A DNA stretch of 63,862 bases, counting the filler, from Octopus bimaculoides (Eukaryota): NCBI RefSeq assembly GCF_001194135.2. It is 7 parts of 5 records of this genome, joined end to end, with 100 filler letters (N's around TTAATTAATTAA, not from the genome) between each part and the next. Parts side by side here need not be neighbours in the genome. Positions count along the whole stretch, not along the records: positions 1 to 4,932 come from NC_068996.1; positions 5,033 to 19,167 come from NC_068997.1; 5 more parts are not named here. The stretch is one strand, 5' to 3'. Under the pieces are notes generated by a model. It ran no database searches, had not been told where the DNA came from, and saw nothing but the letters and a program-made list of their open reading frames with translations. The number at the start of each line of letters is the position of its first letter. Within the stretch, counting starts at the first letter, position 1. Shown here in pieces: positions 1 through 11,264 of this stretch. A program made the translations under genes and the position numbers.

Positions 1-39
1 TATATATATATATATATATATCTTACTTTTTTTATAATC

Positions 40-435
40 CTTTTTACTTTTACTTGTTTCAGTCATTTTGATTGTAGCCATGCTGGAGCACCGCAAATCG
101 ACCCCAGGACTTATTCTTTGTAAGCCTAGTACTTATTCTATCACTCTCTTTTGCCAAACCACTAAGTTATGGAGATGCAAATGCACCAGCATCAGTTATC
201 AAGTGATTTTTTTTGGGGTGGGGAAGACAAATACAGACATAGACACACACACACATACACACACACACACACACATATATATGACAGGCTTCCTTCAGTT
301 TCTCTCTACCAAATCCACTCACAAGGCTTTGGTTGGCCAGAGACTATATTAGAAGCCACTTGCCCAAAGAGCCACGCAGTGGGACTGAACCCAAAACTAT
401 GTGGTTGGGAAGCGAGCTACTTACCACACAGCCAC
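40..435 (-). mobile_element. tRNA-derived SINE family A (CORE-like, similar to octopus OR-type), full length with internal (CA)n
   Basis: The minus strand begins gtggctgtgtggt (A box) and contains ggttcagtccc (B box), then a CORE-like ctttgggcaagtg. The tail matches the copy at 48167-48568. Confidence 0.8.
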
Positions 436-599
436 ATTTTTATTTTTATTTATATTCTTAATATTAAATTAATTTTTTTTTAATTTCAAAAATTTTGAAT
501 TGTAAAAATTTTAAATTCTAAACCTTTTTTCTTTTTTTAATATGTATATATGTATTTATTGTCTCTGTGCACACGCGCGTGTGTGTGTGGTGTAGATGG

Positions 600-1380
600 G
601 ACTTGTTAGCTGTGGTGAAGGCAACTCTTCTAGGAAAAGGACACTCTGACATGAAACCAGGTCATTGTAATGATGGTCCCCTTAATTGGCCTCATAATCA
701 AAGCCATCACAGTTTGATGGGGATAGACTGGACTCCTGTTTTGAAATGAGGCCGTGATTAGGACAACCAATATAGGAGAATAAAACTCTGAATTCAAATT
801 AACTTACCACTGCTGGCTTGCAGTCTACTTTTTAAGAAAAGCCTAGGAGAAGGTACTCCAATATAAAACCTACAGTCAACTTAGTAATAGTCATCTTGCT
901 TCGCTTGTCACTGGAATCTACTGTTTTGATCCAGAGAATGACAAAAGTGTTGTACAAGCGTTTGTCACTGAAATCCAGTGAAGTACAATCATCACTTTCC
1001 AAAAGTCCTATAGCAATAGAGGCAAGGCAATATATGCAGACTTGACTGGTTGGAAGCATATAGTTAAAAATCTGCACATAAAGCAGCAGGGTTCTTATCT
1101 TAACATTTCTTAACATGTTTTCATCGACAGGAACTGTTTTCGGTGGAGTATCCTGTGTCTGAGCAGCCCTTTTAAGGAGAACACTGGATATACTGGGAAG
1201 GTGCTAGAAAAAGTACACTAAAAATCGTCTGTCCTTTCTCTGCTGGTTAGTTTACTGTGGTGGTTCAGTTCAGAGGGAATGAACAAAGAATTGATATAAA
1301 CAATGATAACAAATATACAAGGAATAAGGTTTCTTTTGACCTAGCCTGTTGGAATGTGAGAGCCCTTTAAGATTGAACAG
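600..1380 (+). mobile_element. Probable 5' UTR and endonuclease start of an RTE-type LINE, truncated
   Basis: Three degenerate taggagaagg-aaactctga motifs (about 620, 765 and 840) resemble RTE 5' UTR motifs. 1341-1367 reads LACWNVRAL, matching the WNVR start of APE endonucleases. Confidence 0.45.
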
Positions 1381-1382
1381 AT

Positions 1383-3144
1383 ATGAAAGAAATAAAAGTA
1401 ATACTTGAAGCAAGGAAATCAGTTATAAGCTTTGATAACAAACTCTGGGTCCGTAAGGACTCCCCAAACTCCTTCGATATCACCATGGGAGCCCCGGATT
1501 CAGCTCAGATAACCGACTTAGTGGGCATATGTTTGCTTTCAAACATACAAGATTTGGACTAGCCATTTCCATAGAAAATGAACACACCTCCATAAATTTC
1601 TTAGACGCAAATTGCAACCTAGCCACAGGACTCCATAAACCTTACATAAAACCAAACACTAACCTAAAATACATAAACGCATCCAGTAACCACCCGCTAT
1701 TCCTTAAGAGAGGCTTAGTACATAGCATAAGCAATAGAATATCACGCCTCTCCTCTAACCAGGATATTTTTAATAAGCATAAGGAAATCTATAACATTGC
1801 ACTACATAAAGCAAGATTCAACCATAAAATTAAATTCCTAGAAACCAATAACCATAAAAAAGACCCAAATAAAGGGAATCTAAACGCTATCAACACATAC
1901 ACTAATAACACACAAAACCCTACTGCAAACCACACTAAAAATATGAAGGACACAATTAAACATAATAAAAGTAATGGAAATACAAAGGATCCCAAAGCCA
2001 AATCACATAACACCAAAAATACCAACAACAGCGTAAACACCAATACCAATAATAACTATTAGCATTAATAAGACTAATAACATGACGAAGCAGAAATACA
2101 ATAACAACCATAACATAATCAATATTAAACCATACAAAGATAAGTATATTAGCGAGACCCAGCGAACTAAAATAAACCCTATGCCGGGCCTACAAAAACC
2201 AAACAATACTAACACAGCTAACACTGATAAGGCACATACTAAAAATAAACCCAACTATAGAAATATATTAGATAGCCATAAAGACAAATTCACTAGCCTT
2301 CCCAGCTATGATGGCAGGTTCTATACCAGACATAACCGTAATAACAATAAGAACAATAGGGATACGATCTGGCTAATTATCCCCTACACCATGAACCTCA
2401 AATCTAACATAGTCCATTCATTAATGAACATAATAGATAAACATCTAAATGTAAATAATAAATATGCAGCAATATTTAAGAACAAAATTAGAATCGGCCA
2501 CAGCCTGACATGTAACTTAGCTACCATCATAGCATCTATTAATAATAAAAAATTAGATGCATTCTATGCAGCTAGAAAGACCACGAACGACCAAACTAAC
2601 AACCGTCCGACAAATAGAACAAACCCCAACCCTAATCCAACACCCCTTGTTAGCAGAGACACACACCAAAAAAAACAATAGGGCCACACAACAACACACA
2701 GACATAGACACCCCTTATAATTTATGTAGCTGTAGAGATAGGAATAAATGCAATTTCTCCAATAGATGTAAAACCGAAAATGTAGTTTACCAATGCGATG
2801 TACACACTAACGGCCATATTAGATCTTACATTGGAGCCACGAAAAACCAAATACACCTCAGATACAATGAACACCGATCTAGCTTTAAAAATAGAAAGAA
2901 GGTAAATTCAACAGGACTTAGTAGCTATATCTGGGAATTAAAGGACAATAATATAGCATACAAACTAAAATGGCATATACTAAAAACAGCAAATTCTTAT
3001 AACTCAACTAACAGATGTTTCGACCTCTGCCTAACTGAATGCTTCGAAATCCTAATGGCTACAACACACCTTTTAAACAAGAAATACGAAAATAACTGAG
3101 TTTGTCTACACACTACAAAATTTTCATTTTCTAAGTATAATTAA
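1383..3144 (+). mobile_element. 5'-truncated Penelope-like element: RT C-terminus plus GIY-YIG endonuclease, frameshifted
   Basis: RT motifs FDITMGAPDSAQITDLVG, INFLD and YINASSNHP are present. GIY-YIG motifs are NVVYQC..SYIGAT..RYNEH..STGLSSYIWELKD..DLCLTE. After an in-frame TGA the frame continues VCLHTTKF to TAA at 3144. Confidence 0.92.
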
Positions 3145-3226
3145 ATATGTAAAAAAAATTTCACTTTCTAAGTATAATTATATATGTAAAAAAGAATTTT
3201 CCTTTTCTAAGTATAATTAAATATAT
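3117..3226 (+). repeat. Three tandem 37-39 bp copies of the Penelope ORF end
   Basis: ctaagtataatta starts at 3131, 3168 and 3207. Confidence 0.85.
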
Positions 3227-3568
3227 TGTAGATGATGTGCATCTGTATAGGAATGGGTACTTCAAAGATTTAGTGTGAACCTTGTTTGAGTGAAAAACTG
3301 AGAATTTTTACTCAAGGAACCAATAGTTTGAACAAAAGAAATGAACTGTTAATACCTAGTAAGTATGTGACCAAATATCTTTTATGCAAATACAAGCCTC
3401 CTTACATATAATTCTGCTTCAGAAGAAAATGTCAGTTTTTTAAAATGTATAATTAATAGGTTTTATTGATATATGTTTTAATATGTATATATTAACACAT
3501 ATGTTTTGATGTTTTAATATGTATTAACATATATTTTAATAAATACATATCCATGTATGTGTTTATGC

Positions 3569-4803
3569 AGGTGGGCTGCAAAGTTCATAGGCTGACTATG
3601 AATGAATGAAGCTAGAGTAGTAAAAACATGCATGCGTTAATTTCAAATCTTCCAACTATTCTGAGAAGACTTCAAAAGTAACTAGTTGCAAATTCTCTTG
3701 AAGATGGACAAAATTTGGCATTGCCGTGTTATCAGGGATCTGCAGAAAAAGGGTTTACCCCCTAACGACTTTCATGCTGACAGAGTTGCTACACTAGGGG
3801 ATAATGTTCTAGCTTTATCAACAGGGCAAAAGTGGACAGTGGAATTCAGGATGGGAAAGGAGAGTCTTGAAGATGACCCAGGTTCTAGGTTCTTGTAACT
3901 GTCACCATTGAGAAAAACATTGATCAGGTTTACCATATGGTGATGGATGACAGGTGATTGACTATAAATCAAATAGCCCATGCTATTAGCATATCCCATG
4001 ACAGAGTTAAGAATATTCTGCACAATGAAATTGGTATGAAGACGATTTCTTCTAAGTGGATACCATATCTTCTGACTCTTGATCAAAGGCACACCAGGCT
4101 GATAACATCACAGGATGATCTGACATTGTTTGAGGCAGAACCAGTTGGTTTCCTTGAATGTTTCCCAAACCAAGATGAGTGTTGGGTTCATTTCTTTTAG
4201 CCAAAGACACAAAGACAATCCATGTAGTGGAAACACCCCTCCTTATCTGCTCCAAAGAAAGACAAGGTTATTTCATTTGCAGGGAAGGTGATGGTCTCAG
4301 CTTTTTGGGAAGCAAAAGGCATTGTGTTTATTGACTATCTTCAAAATGGCCACACCATCAATGGAGAATACTATGCTAAACTTGTTGAGGCTGTTACAAA
4401 AGGCTATCAAGACCAAATGCCCAGGAAAACTGACGAAAGAAGCTTTGTTTCATCAGGGTAATGCTCCAGCACACAAGTCCTTGGTTTCAATGACTGCTGT
4501 GTGTGACTGTGGCTTTGAACTGGTAGATTAACATCCCTATTCTCCTGGCTTGACCCCATCTGACTACTGTCTGTTCACCAACCTTATAAAATACTTGGTT
4601 AGGAAGTAGTATCACAGTGATAATGACATCATATCTGCTGTTGATGAGTCTTTTCATCAACAGGATGAAGGCTTCTTCTTCAATGGGATACAAGCACTGC
4701 AACACAGACGGAAGAAGTGTGTAGACTGCAAGGAGGACAAACTTCATTTGGTCACATTCCTAGAGAATATCTTGGTCAACCTATGAAATTTTCAGCCAAC
4801 CAC
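3569..4803 (+). mobile_element. Decayed full-length mariner (Tc1/mariner) transposon
   Basis: Imperfect TIRs of about 30 bp (ggtgggctgcaaagttcataggctgacta / tggtcaacctatgaaattttcagccaacc). Transposase remnants are WIPYLLT, DECWVHF, FHQGNAPAH and PYSPGLTPSDY, with stops and frameshifts. Confidence 0.92.
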
Positions 4804-6439
4804 TTTATATGTGATTATATGTATATAGGTATATGTATGTACATATATATGCTTCAACACATGAATTCACATAAAAAAATCTTGCAAACTAAATGCAAAA
4901 ACGAAATATATATATATATATATATATATATANNNNNNNNNNNNNNNNNNNNNNNNNNNNNNNNNNNNNNNNNNNNTTAATTAATTAANNNNNNNNNNNN
5001 NNNNNNNNNNNNNNNNNNNNNNNNNNNNNNNNTATATATATATATATATATATATGTTTGTATGTATGAATGCATGCATGTATGTAAGTTTGTACGTAAG
5101 CAAACAGATAAACAAATCGATAACTGACAAATATGCATATACATATAAACAAACGTTTACCAATTCGTGCACGTTCCCCTACAAAATCATATTGGTAACG
5201 CAAAGATAAGTTTCGCTATTATTACTACTCGTTAGTTTCCGTCAGACAGATGCCGGCAATATGCCGAGATAATAAATGATTACAGAGGTTCATGTAAAAC
5301 TAACGATGTCGTCTGTACTTAAGGCCCATATCAGTTAGAAATAACAAAGCAAATGTCTCTGAAATAACATCGAGTAGGTTCAAAAAGAAAAGGAAATACA
5401 TATTGTCTGTGGTACAAACTATCCAAAAGTAATAATATATGATATGGTCGCAGCTGGAATCTATCAGGTCTGCTGACTCACAGTCGTATTGGGGCTGTGA
5501 ATGAGTAAACATAGTATATAATAGCTAATAGTAACACGCAAAACTTTAATCTTTCTTCTATTAAATAAATATTAAATAGGATGGCTCCTTACTACTATAA
5601 GGCCTAGGTAGATAACAAATAGCAGCATGAAAGGAAAAAACCTTATACACTCTCCGCAACACACAATCACAACCCCGGAACATGCTTAGGAAGACAATGT
5701 AGTTTACATATTTTCTTTCTGAATGTTAAGACCAAGATAACAAACAAGTTCCTGACTCCGTAAGATAGGCATAAGTGTTGAAGATAGGCATAAGTACTGA
5801 AGATAACCTACAGCTGTGTTTCCAACATGAAATCAATCATCTTCACCAAGCCAACCAAAAGAATCACTCCAGATTATTCATGCAAATATGCAAAAGCTTC
5901 GTTAGGCCAAACCTGCAATGTAAAGTCGGTAGTGCACGAAACCGACGTCATCTCAAACATACCAATTTAAACGACCCATATGAAAACTTACATAAGAGTG
6001 TGTGAGAAGACGTTCAAGGAAAGGTTTTACAGTTATGAATCATCCTTAATTACACTATCAAAAGTAATTAGATGTTAACAAACCCTTTTGAACGACCGAA
6101 ACATCGACTGCCACAGCAAAATAAATAGATCCGTGAGAAATAGAAACCATTTGCAAGTGGATCGAGGAAATGTCTTCTTTGGAGATAACTATCTAAATAC
6201 AAGACAAAGTCATCCTGTCCAAATGTACAATTCCATCTAGACCAGCTTAGTAACACCACATTTCACGAATTCGACAACACACATCTTTTACTTTCTCCAT
6301 TTTTCTTTCAGCCATCTTCGCATTAACAATCCCTACCTGATATAAAGGTAAGGCGAATGAATGCTATATTCAGAAACAGATGTTTCGATGTTGAATATCC
6401 AGCTTTGTTTTATTCTGTTCCTTCCTCTCTATTCCACTT

Positions 6440-7000
6440 CTTCCATTTATTGCATCACATACAGTTACCAACTCTCTCTGTCTCTCTTTTGTTCTCCCTT
6501 TCACTCTCCTCATTTCTCCTCTTCTTCTCTCCATCTGCCATACCAACACATGCAATATTTCTATTATTATCGCTCGTTCTCTTTTCGTCTAATGACTCGC
6601 TTTTCTCTCTTTCTTATTTCCCCCTCCCCTCTCTCTGACAATATCCCTATTTCTCTGTATCTTGCCTCTCTCTAACTCTATCCACATTTCTTTGTCTCCC
6701 TCTCTTTCTCCGCTCTTCCGACTACATTTAATCTATAAATCCCTCCCATTCTCTTTTCCCCCCACTCTCTGTTCCTTTTGTCGAAACTCCCCTTCTCTCT
6801 CCGTTTTCTTTATTCTCTTTTCTTGCTTTCTTTCTTGCTCTTTAATTTCCTCTCTTTTCTTTCTGTCTTCAATTCTGTCTCCTTCTCTTTTATTTTTTTC
6901 CGCCCTTTCTGATTCTTTCATCATCCAGTTTCTCTGCTTCCATACTATTCTCTCCACAAATTTACTCTCTCTCCCGCTCTCTCTGCGTTGCTCTTTTCTC
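6440..7000. repeat. Polypyrimidine (CT-rich) low-complexity tract
   Basis: Base composition. Confidence 0.8.
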
Positions 7001-7390
7001 CGGCCACACAATCGTTTTGCACATTAAACTAACACATACATATACACACCAACATTCGCACAAGCAATCACACGTACATACACAACTTCATATATCTACT
7101 TCAGCACTTCACCTATAAAGTTGCACGTAATAGCAAAATTTTTCCATCTCCGAATTTTACTCTGCGTCTTCCGCACTCCACTATTTCTCTTTTATATCCA
7201 TATTTACTTTTTTTTTTATCCACAGTGACCTCTTTGTACCATTCTAGATTTCTCAATAACATTTGATAGGATTTTTATTGCATTTCTTATTCATATATTT
7301 TCTGCTTATGAAGATTTTTTTTGAAATTTCGTTTGATTCGCAGAGATGAATTTAGTACGTCGTTGTAATTGAAATTTGAGTTCGTCGCTG

Positions 7391-7425
<35 letters not shown>

Positions 7426-7928
7426 TGCGCGCGTGCAAGCTGTTATTTCATTGGTTGTGCTTTATTGTAAGGAAGAGAATCGACTTGCTCTAGATTTTAC
7501 GTTAATGAAGCGAATTTAAGGTTGATGGAACGAAATATATAATCTGGTTTTTATGTGTTTATTTAATTGGATATATATATATTAATATATACATACGTTC
7601 AAATATATATAATGGACTCTCCTGTCGTTAGACGATTCATAAGGATTCGACAGTTTCTAACCGAACAACAAGATGATTTATTTATAGTGATCAAATGTTT
7701 GTGTAGACATAAGTTCACTCCCTCCATCAAATCGACATTACTTGTACAGGTGCAACTGGGTGCCACATGTCAGATGTCGAAAGGATCGCAAAGCAACGTC
7801 ACAATATTTAAGTCATACTATATGGATTCAAGTAATCCGGTTGTACCCACAAAAAAGCTCATTACTTTATCATTCTACAAAACATAGAATATATAGGACG
7901 ATACAAGAGAAAACGATAAGGAGCGTAT

Positions 7929-8218
7929 AAAGTCATAAATGACCAAGAAAGAGTTTGATGACATTTTATTTAACAATAAGAAGATTATATCACGACAAAT
8001 TGTTTCGTAACTTAAACACATGTATATGATTTATAGCATATTTAATAATAAATAAATTGCTTACATTAATGCAGATGTGTAAGTAATTTACTTATTATTG
8101 AATATGATATAAATTATTTATATGTTTTCAAGTTACGAAACAATTTGTCGTGATATTAAAATCTTTTTATTGTTAAGTAAAATTTCATCAAGCGATTTCT
8201 CAGTCATTTATGACTTTG
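7929..8218. repeat. About 290 bp fold-back palindrome (MITE-like)
   Basis: 7929-8065 is the reverse complement of 8078-8218 with scattered mismatches, around a 12-nt loop. Confidence 0.85.
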
Positions 8219-9035
8219 AGTATGTATTTTTCTCGTTTTACACATTTATCGTAGGTATTCAGCACTTTTTCTACCTTTGCTTGTACATTTTGAATTGATA
8301 AATATGGGAAATTTAATTTCTTTTGCCATAAAAAAGTTACTGCTTTCGAAATTTCCTTTGTTTTTTTTCCCTTCTTTTGATGGTACCTTCAAGGAACAGG
8401 TAGCGACCGACAATTTGAAGTTTCATTGGTATCCTGCAGTTGTTTTCCAAAGGATGCTCTTCTAGAGGAACAGGTCTTTTTTTCGTATGTGAGTCTTGAA
8501 ATTGCACGAGATTATTCGTCCAGATTTTTTTTGTTTTTTTGAGTGACACAAGCATTTCTCTTTTGAGACATTATTTTAGATACTCTAGTTAGATAAGCCT
8601 GCTATTCTGAAAAACAGTTAATATAGTCAGAGTTTTTAGCGTTTTTAGGAGAGTAAAAGGATATTTCCAAAAGTAGGCTCTAAGTGGTAACAAATAACAA
8701 ACTCTATAACTCCTAAGCTGCTTAAACTTGAAAGCTGAAATTTGAGATATACTGCTTGTGCATTACATTAAGTCGGGACACCAAGTTTGGTAAAAACTTG
8801 AGTAGGCATTATGAACCCCACTAGAATTTTGCATGATTTGGGTCAAAAGTGGTGTTAGATTTCTTCAGTTTGGGGTGACGTTTTTTTTTTAAAAACTTAA
8901 AATAAAGGCTTATGTTCCCTACTTATATGAAATTGTTCATCGACTTTTGATACAAGAAATTGTTTCCTTCCAAAAAATCAAAAGGTCATAACCCTAATAT
9001 GTATATTATTTATATAAACATACAACCATGTACAT

Positions 9036-9262
9036 ATAATATCGATTTCAAACTTTGGCACAAGGCCCGCAGTTTCAGTGGGATTGGATAAGTCGATTAC
9101 ATTAACCTCTAGTACACAACTGGTACCTATTATATCGATCACTGAAAAGGATGAAAAGCAAAGTCGACCTCGGCGGAATCTGCACTCTGAATGTAAAGAC
9201 GGACGAAATACCGCAAAGCATTTTTCCCGGTGTACTAACGACTCTGCCTGCTCGCTACCTTA
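9036..9262 (-). mobile_element. tRNA-derived SINE family B
   Basis: Reverse complement of the ggcagaatcgttag...gagttcaaattccgccgaggtcgac consensus seen in about 10 copies in this window. Confidence 0.85.
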
Positions 9263-9275
9263 AGTATGCATATAT

Positions 9276-9302
9276 AATATAATATAATATAATATAATAT
9301 AA

Positions 9303-9380
<78 letters not shown>
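9276..9380. repeat. (TAATA)n/(TA)n microsatellite
   Basis: Direct observation. Confidence 0.95.
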
Positions 9381-9383
<3 letters not shown>

Positions 9384-10159
9384 ATAAGATATTTTCGTAA
9401 TGTTAATGTTTATTGGAAACGTATCCTATATTTTCTTCTTTACTTATTCTCTATTACGAATTTTACGTTGCTATATCATACATGCTTTCTATCCCCCATT
9501 CTTGTAAGTTCACACCGTTTCTGTAGCCCTATATCTTCTTCCTTTCTTCCCTAATTTCACCTTTATTTTTCTCTTTCCCTACTTCTCAATCTTTCTCTCT
9601 CTTCTCTCTCCAGTCTATCTCTCCTAATCTTTTGCTCTATCAATCTCTTCAACATAGCTTACGTCCTTTTTTCACAGCTTTCCACTAACAACACAGGAAG
9701 TTTCTATCTGATAATGAGGTTTGCCACCGGAAATTATTATCGATTCGCCATTGCGAAAATGGAAGCAATATCTCGTGAAGATGGTTGATTGACACCATTT
9801 TTTTTTTTACTTTCTTAGCAACAAACGACTATCCACTTCGAAGGAGCAGATATGTTGTTCAAGATTGAAACCGTGATTAGAACATTCAGTATCATTGGGA
9901 TTACAGTTAATATGGACAAATGGTGATGCTGTTAGTTGTGTTGATGGTGATATTGGTGGTAGTGTTAATACTGATGATTGTAGAGGTGATGATGATTGTT
10001 ATGATGCTGCTGCTGACGGTCGTAGTGTCACTCGATATCCAACTCGTATGACAGTTTAGACATTGGAGGAAATGCATGAATGTTAATATTGCAACACTGT
10101 TGCCATCCTCGCCCCGTCATCATCGTTGTCGTTGCGGTGTTCCCCACCTTCATATATAG

Positions 10160-10160
10160 A

Positions 10161-10191
<31 letters not shown>

Positions 10192-10204
10192 ATGTATGTA
10201 TGTA

Positions 10205-10239
<35 letters not shown>

Positions 10240-10244
10240 GTGTG

Positions 10245-10278
<34 letters not shown>

Positions 10279-10306
10279 TGTGTGTGTATGTATGTATGTA
10301 TGTATG

Positions 10307-10364
<58 letters not shown>

Positions 10365-10514
10365 ATTACATACGCATGTATATATATGTATATATATATG
10401 GATATATATCTGTATGCGTAAATATATACTCATGTTTTGAGTTCTATTTTCCTGTTTATGCCACCAAAACTATACACATCCAAACATACATACATGCACA
10501 CACACACACACACA

Positions 10515-10556
<42 letters not shown>
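10160..10556. repeat. Compound (TG)n/(TATG)n/(TA)n/(GA)n/(CA)n microsatellite cluster
   Basis: Direct observation. Confidence 0.95.
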
Positions 10557-11124
10557 NNNNNNNNNNNNNNNNNNNNNNNNNNNNNNNNNNNNNNNNNNNN
10601 NNNNNNNNNNNNNNNNNNNNNNNNNNNNNNNNNNNNNNNNNNNNNNNNNNNNNNNNNNNNNNNNNNNNNNNNNNNNNNNNNNNNNNNNNNNNNNNNNNNN
10701 NNNNNNNNNNNNNNNNNNNNNNNNNNNNNNNNNNNNNNNNNNNNNNNNNNNNNNNNNNNNNNNNNNNNNNNNNNNNNNNNNNNNNNNNNNNNNNNNNNNN
10801 NNNNNNNNNNNNNNNNNNNNNNNNNNNNNNNNNNNNNNNNNNNNNNNNNNNNNNNNNNNNNNNNNNNNNNNNNNNNNNNNNNNNNNNNNNNNATATATAT
10901 ATAGTTACTCTGTTGGTTTACTGAGAAGCGATAAATAATAGAACTAGATACGTCAATGTAGAGTATTTTTTTAATAAGTTATAACGAATCATATAAAACT
11001 GGTTACAAACATGTACAGATGTACACATGCACATAGACACATAGAAACAAAAGACATACACACATAAACATATATAGCGCATACACGCATACACAGTCAT
11101 ATATGATACACACTTTCTTTCTCG

Positions 11125-11264
11125 CACACATAGACACACACCTACACATGAAAGAGTCGTTGGGAAAACGTAATATATACACGTATTAAAAGAGTTTAGA
11201 AATTCATCACATGATCATATACGGGTACGCCACTCCTCCTAAGGAGTGAAAAACCGTCAACTAG
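11125..11264 (+). repeat. About 132 bp repeat (second copy 13261-13393) ending in a Helitron-like hairpin plus CTAG
   Basis: Near-identical direct copy at 13261. The hairpin cactcct-ccta-aggagtg is followed 12 nt later by CTAG|T at 11261-11265. Confidence 0.6.

Noticed and set aside
1789-2254. Hydrophobic membrane-like ORFs on the minus strand
   Set aside because: They are antisense shadows of the A/C-rich Penelope linker.
3286-3315. 11-bp AT-rich hairpin after the Penelope element
   Set aside because: Too short and AT-rich to distinguish from chance.
4933-5032. TTAATTAATTAA centred in 100-nt N gaps (also at 19212, 44094, 51158, 56554 and 61607)
   Set aside because: Always 44 N + 12-mer + 44 N, with stops in all six frames. 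This is an assembly gap linker.
6240-6330. Minus-strand aagATGGCT start (MAERKMEK) as a first exon
   Set aside because: The donor is weak (gtaaaa), the frame stops after 22 codons, and no downstream exon was identified.
8560-9010. Non-autonomous DNA transposon-like stretch
   Set aside because: No matching TIR pair or TSD was found.
9819-9925. Possible exon after a poly-T/AG acceptor
   Set aside because: Short, with no recognisable product and a weak donor.
10080-10924. Long ORFs of YI/CV/HT dipeptides and X runs (also at 15, 30-31, 50, 57-60 kb)
   Set aside because: They are translations of microsatellites and N gaps.
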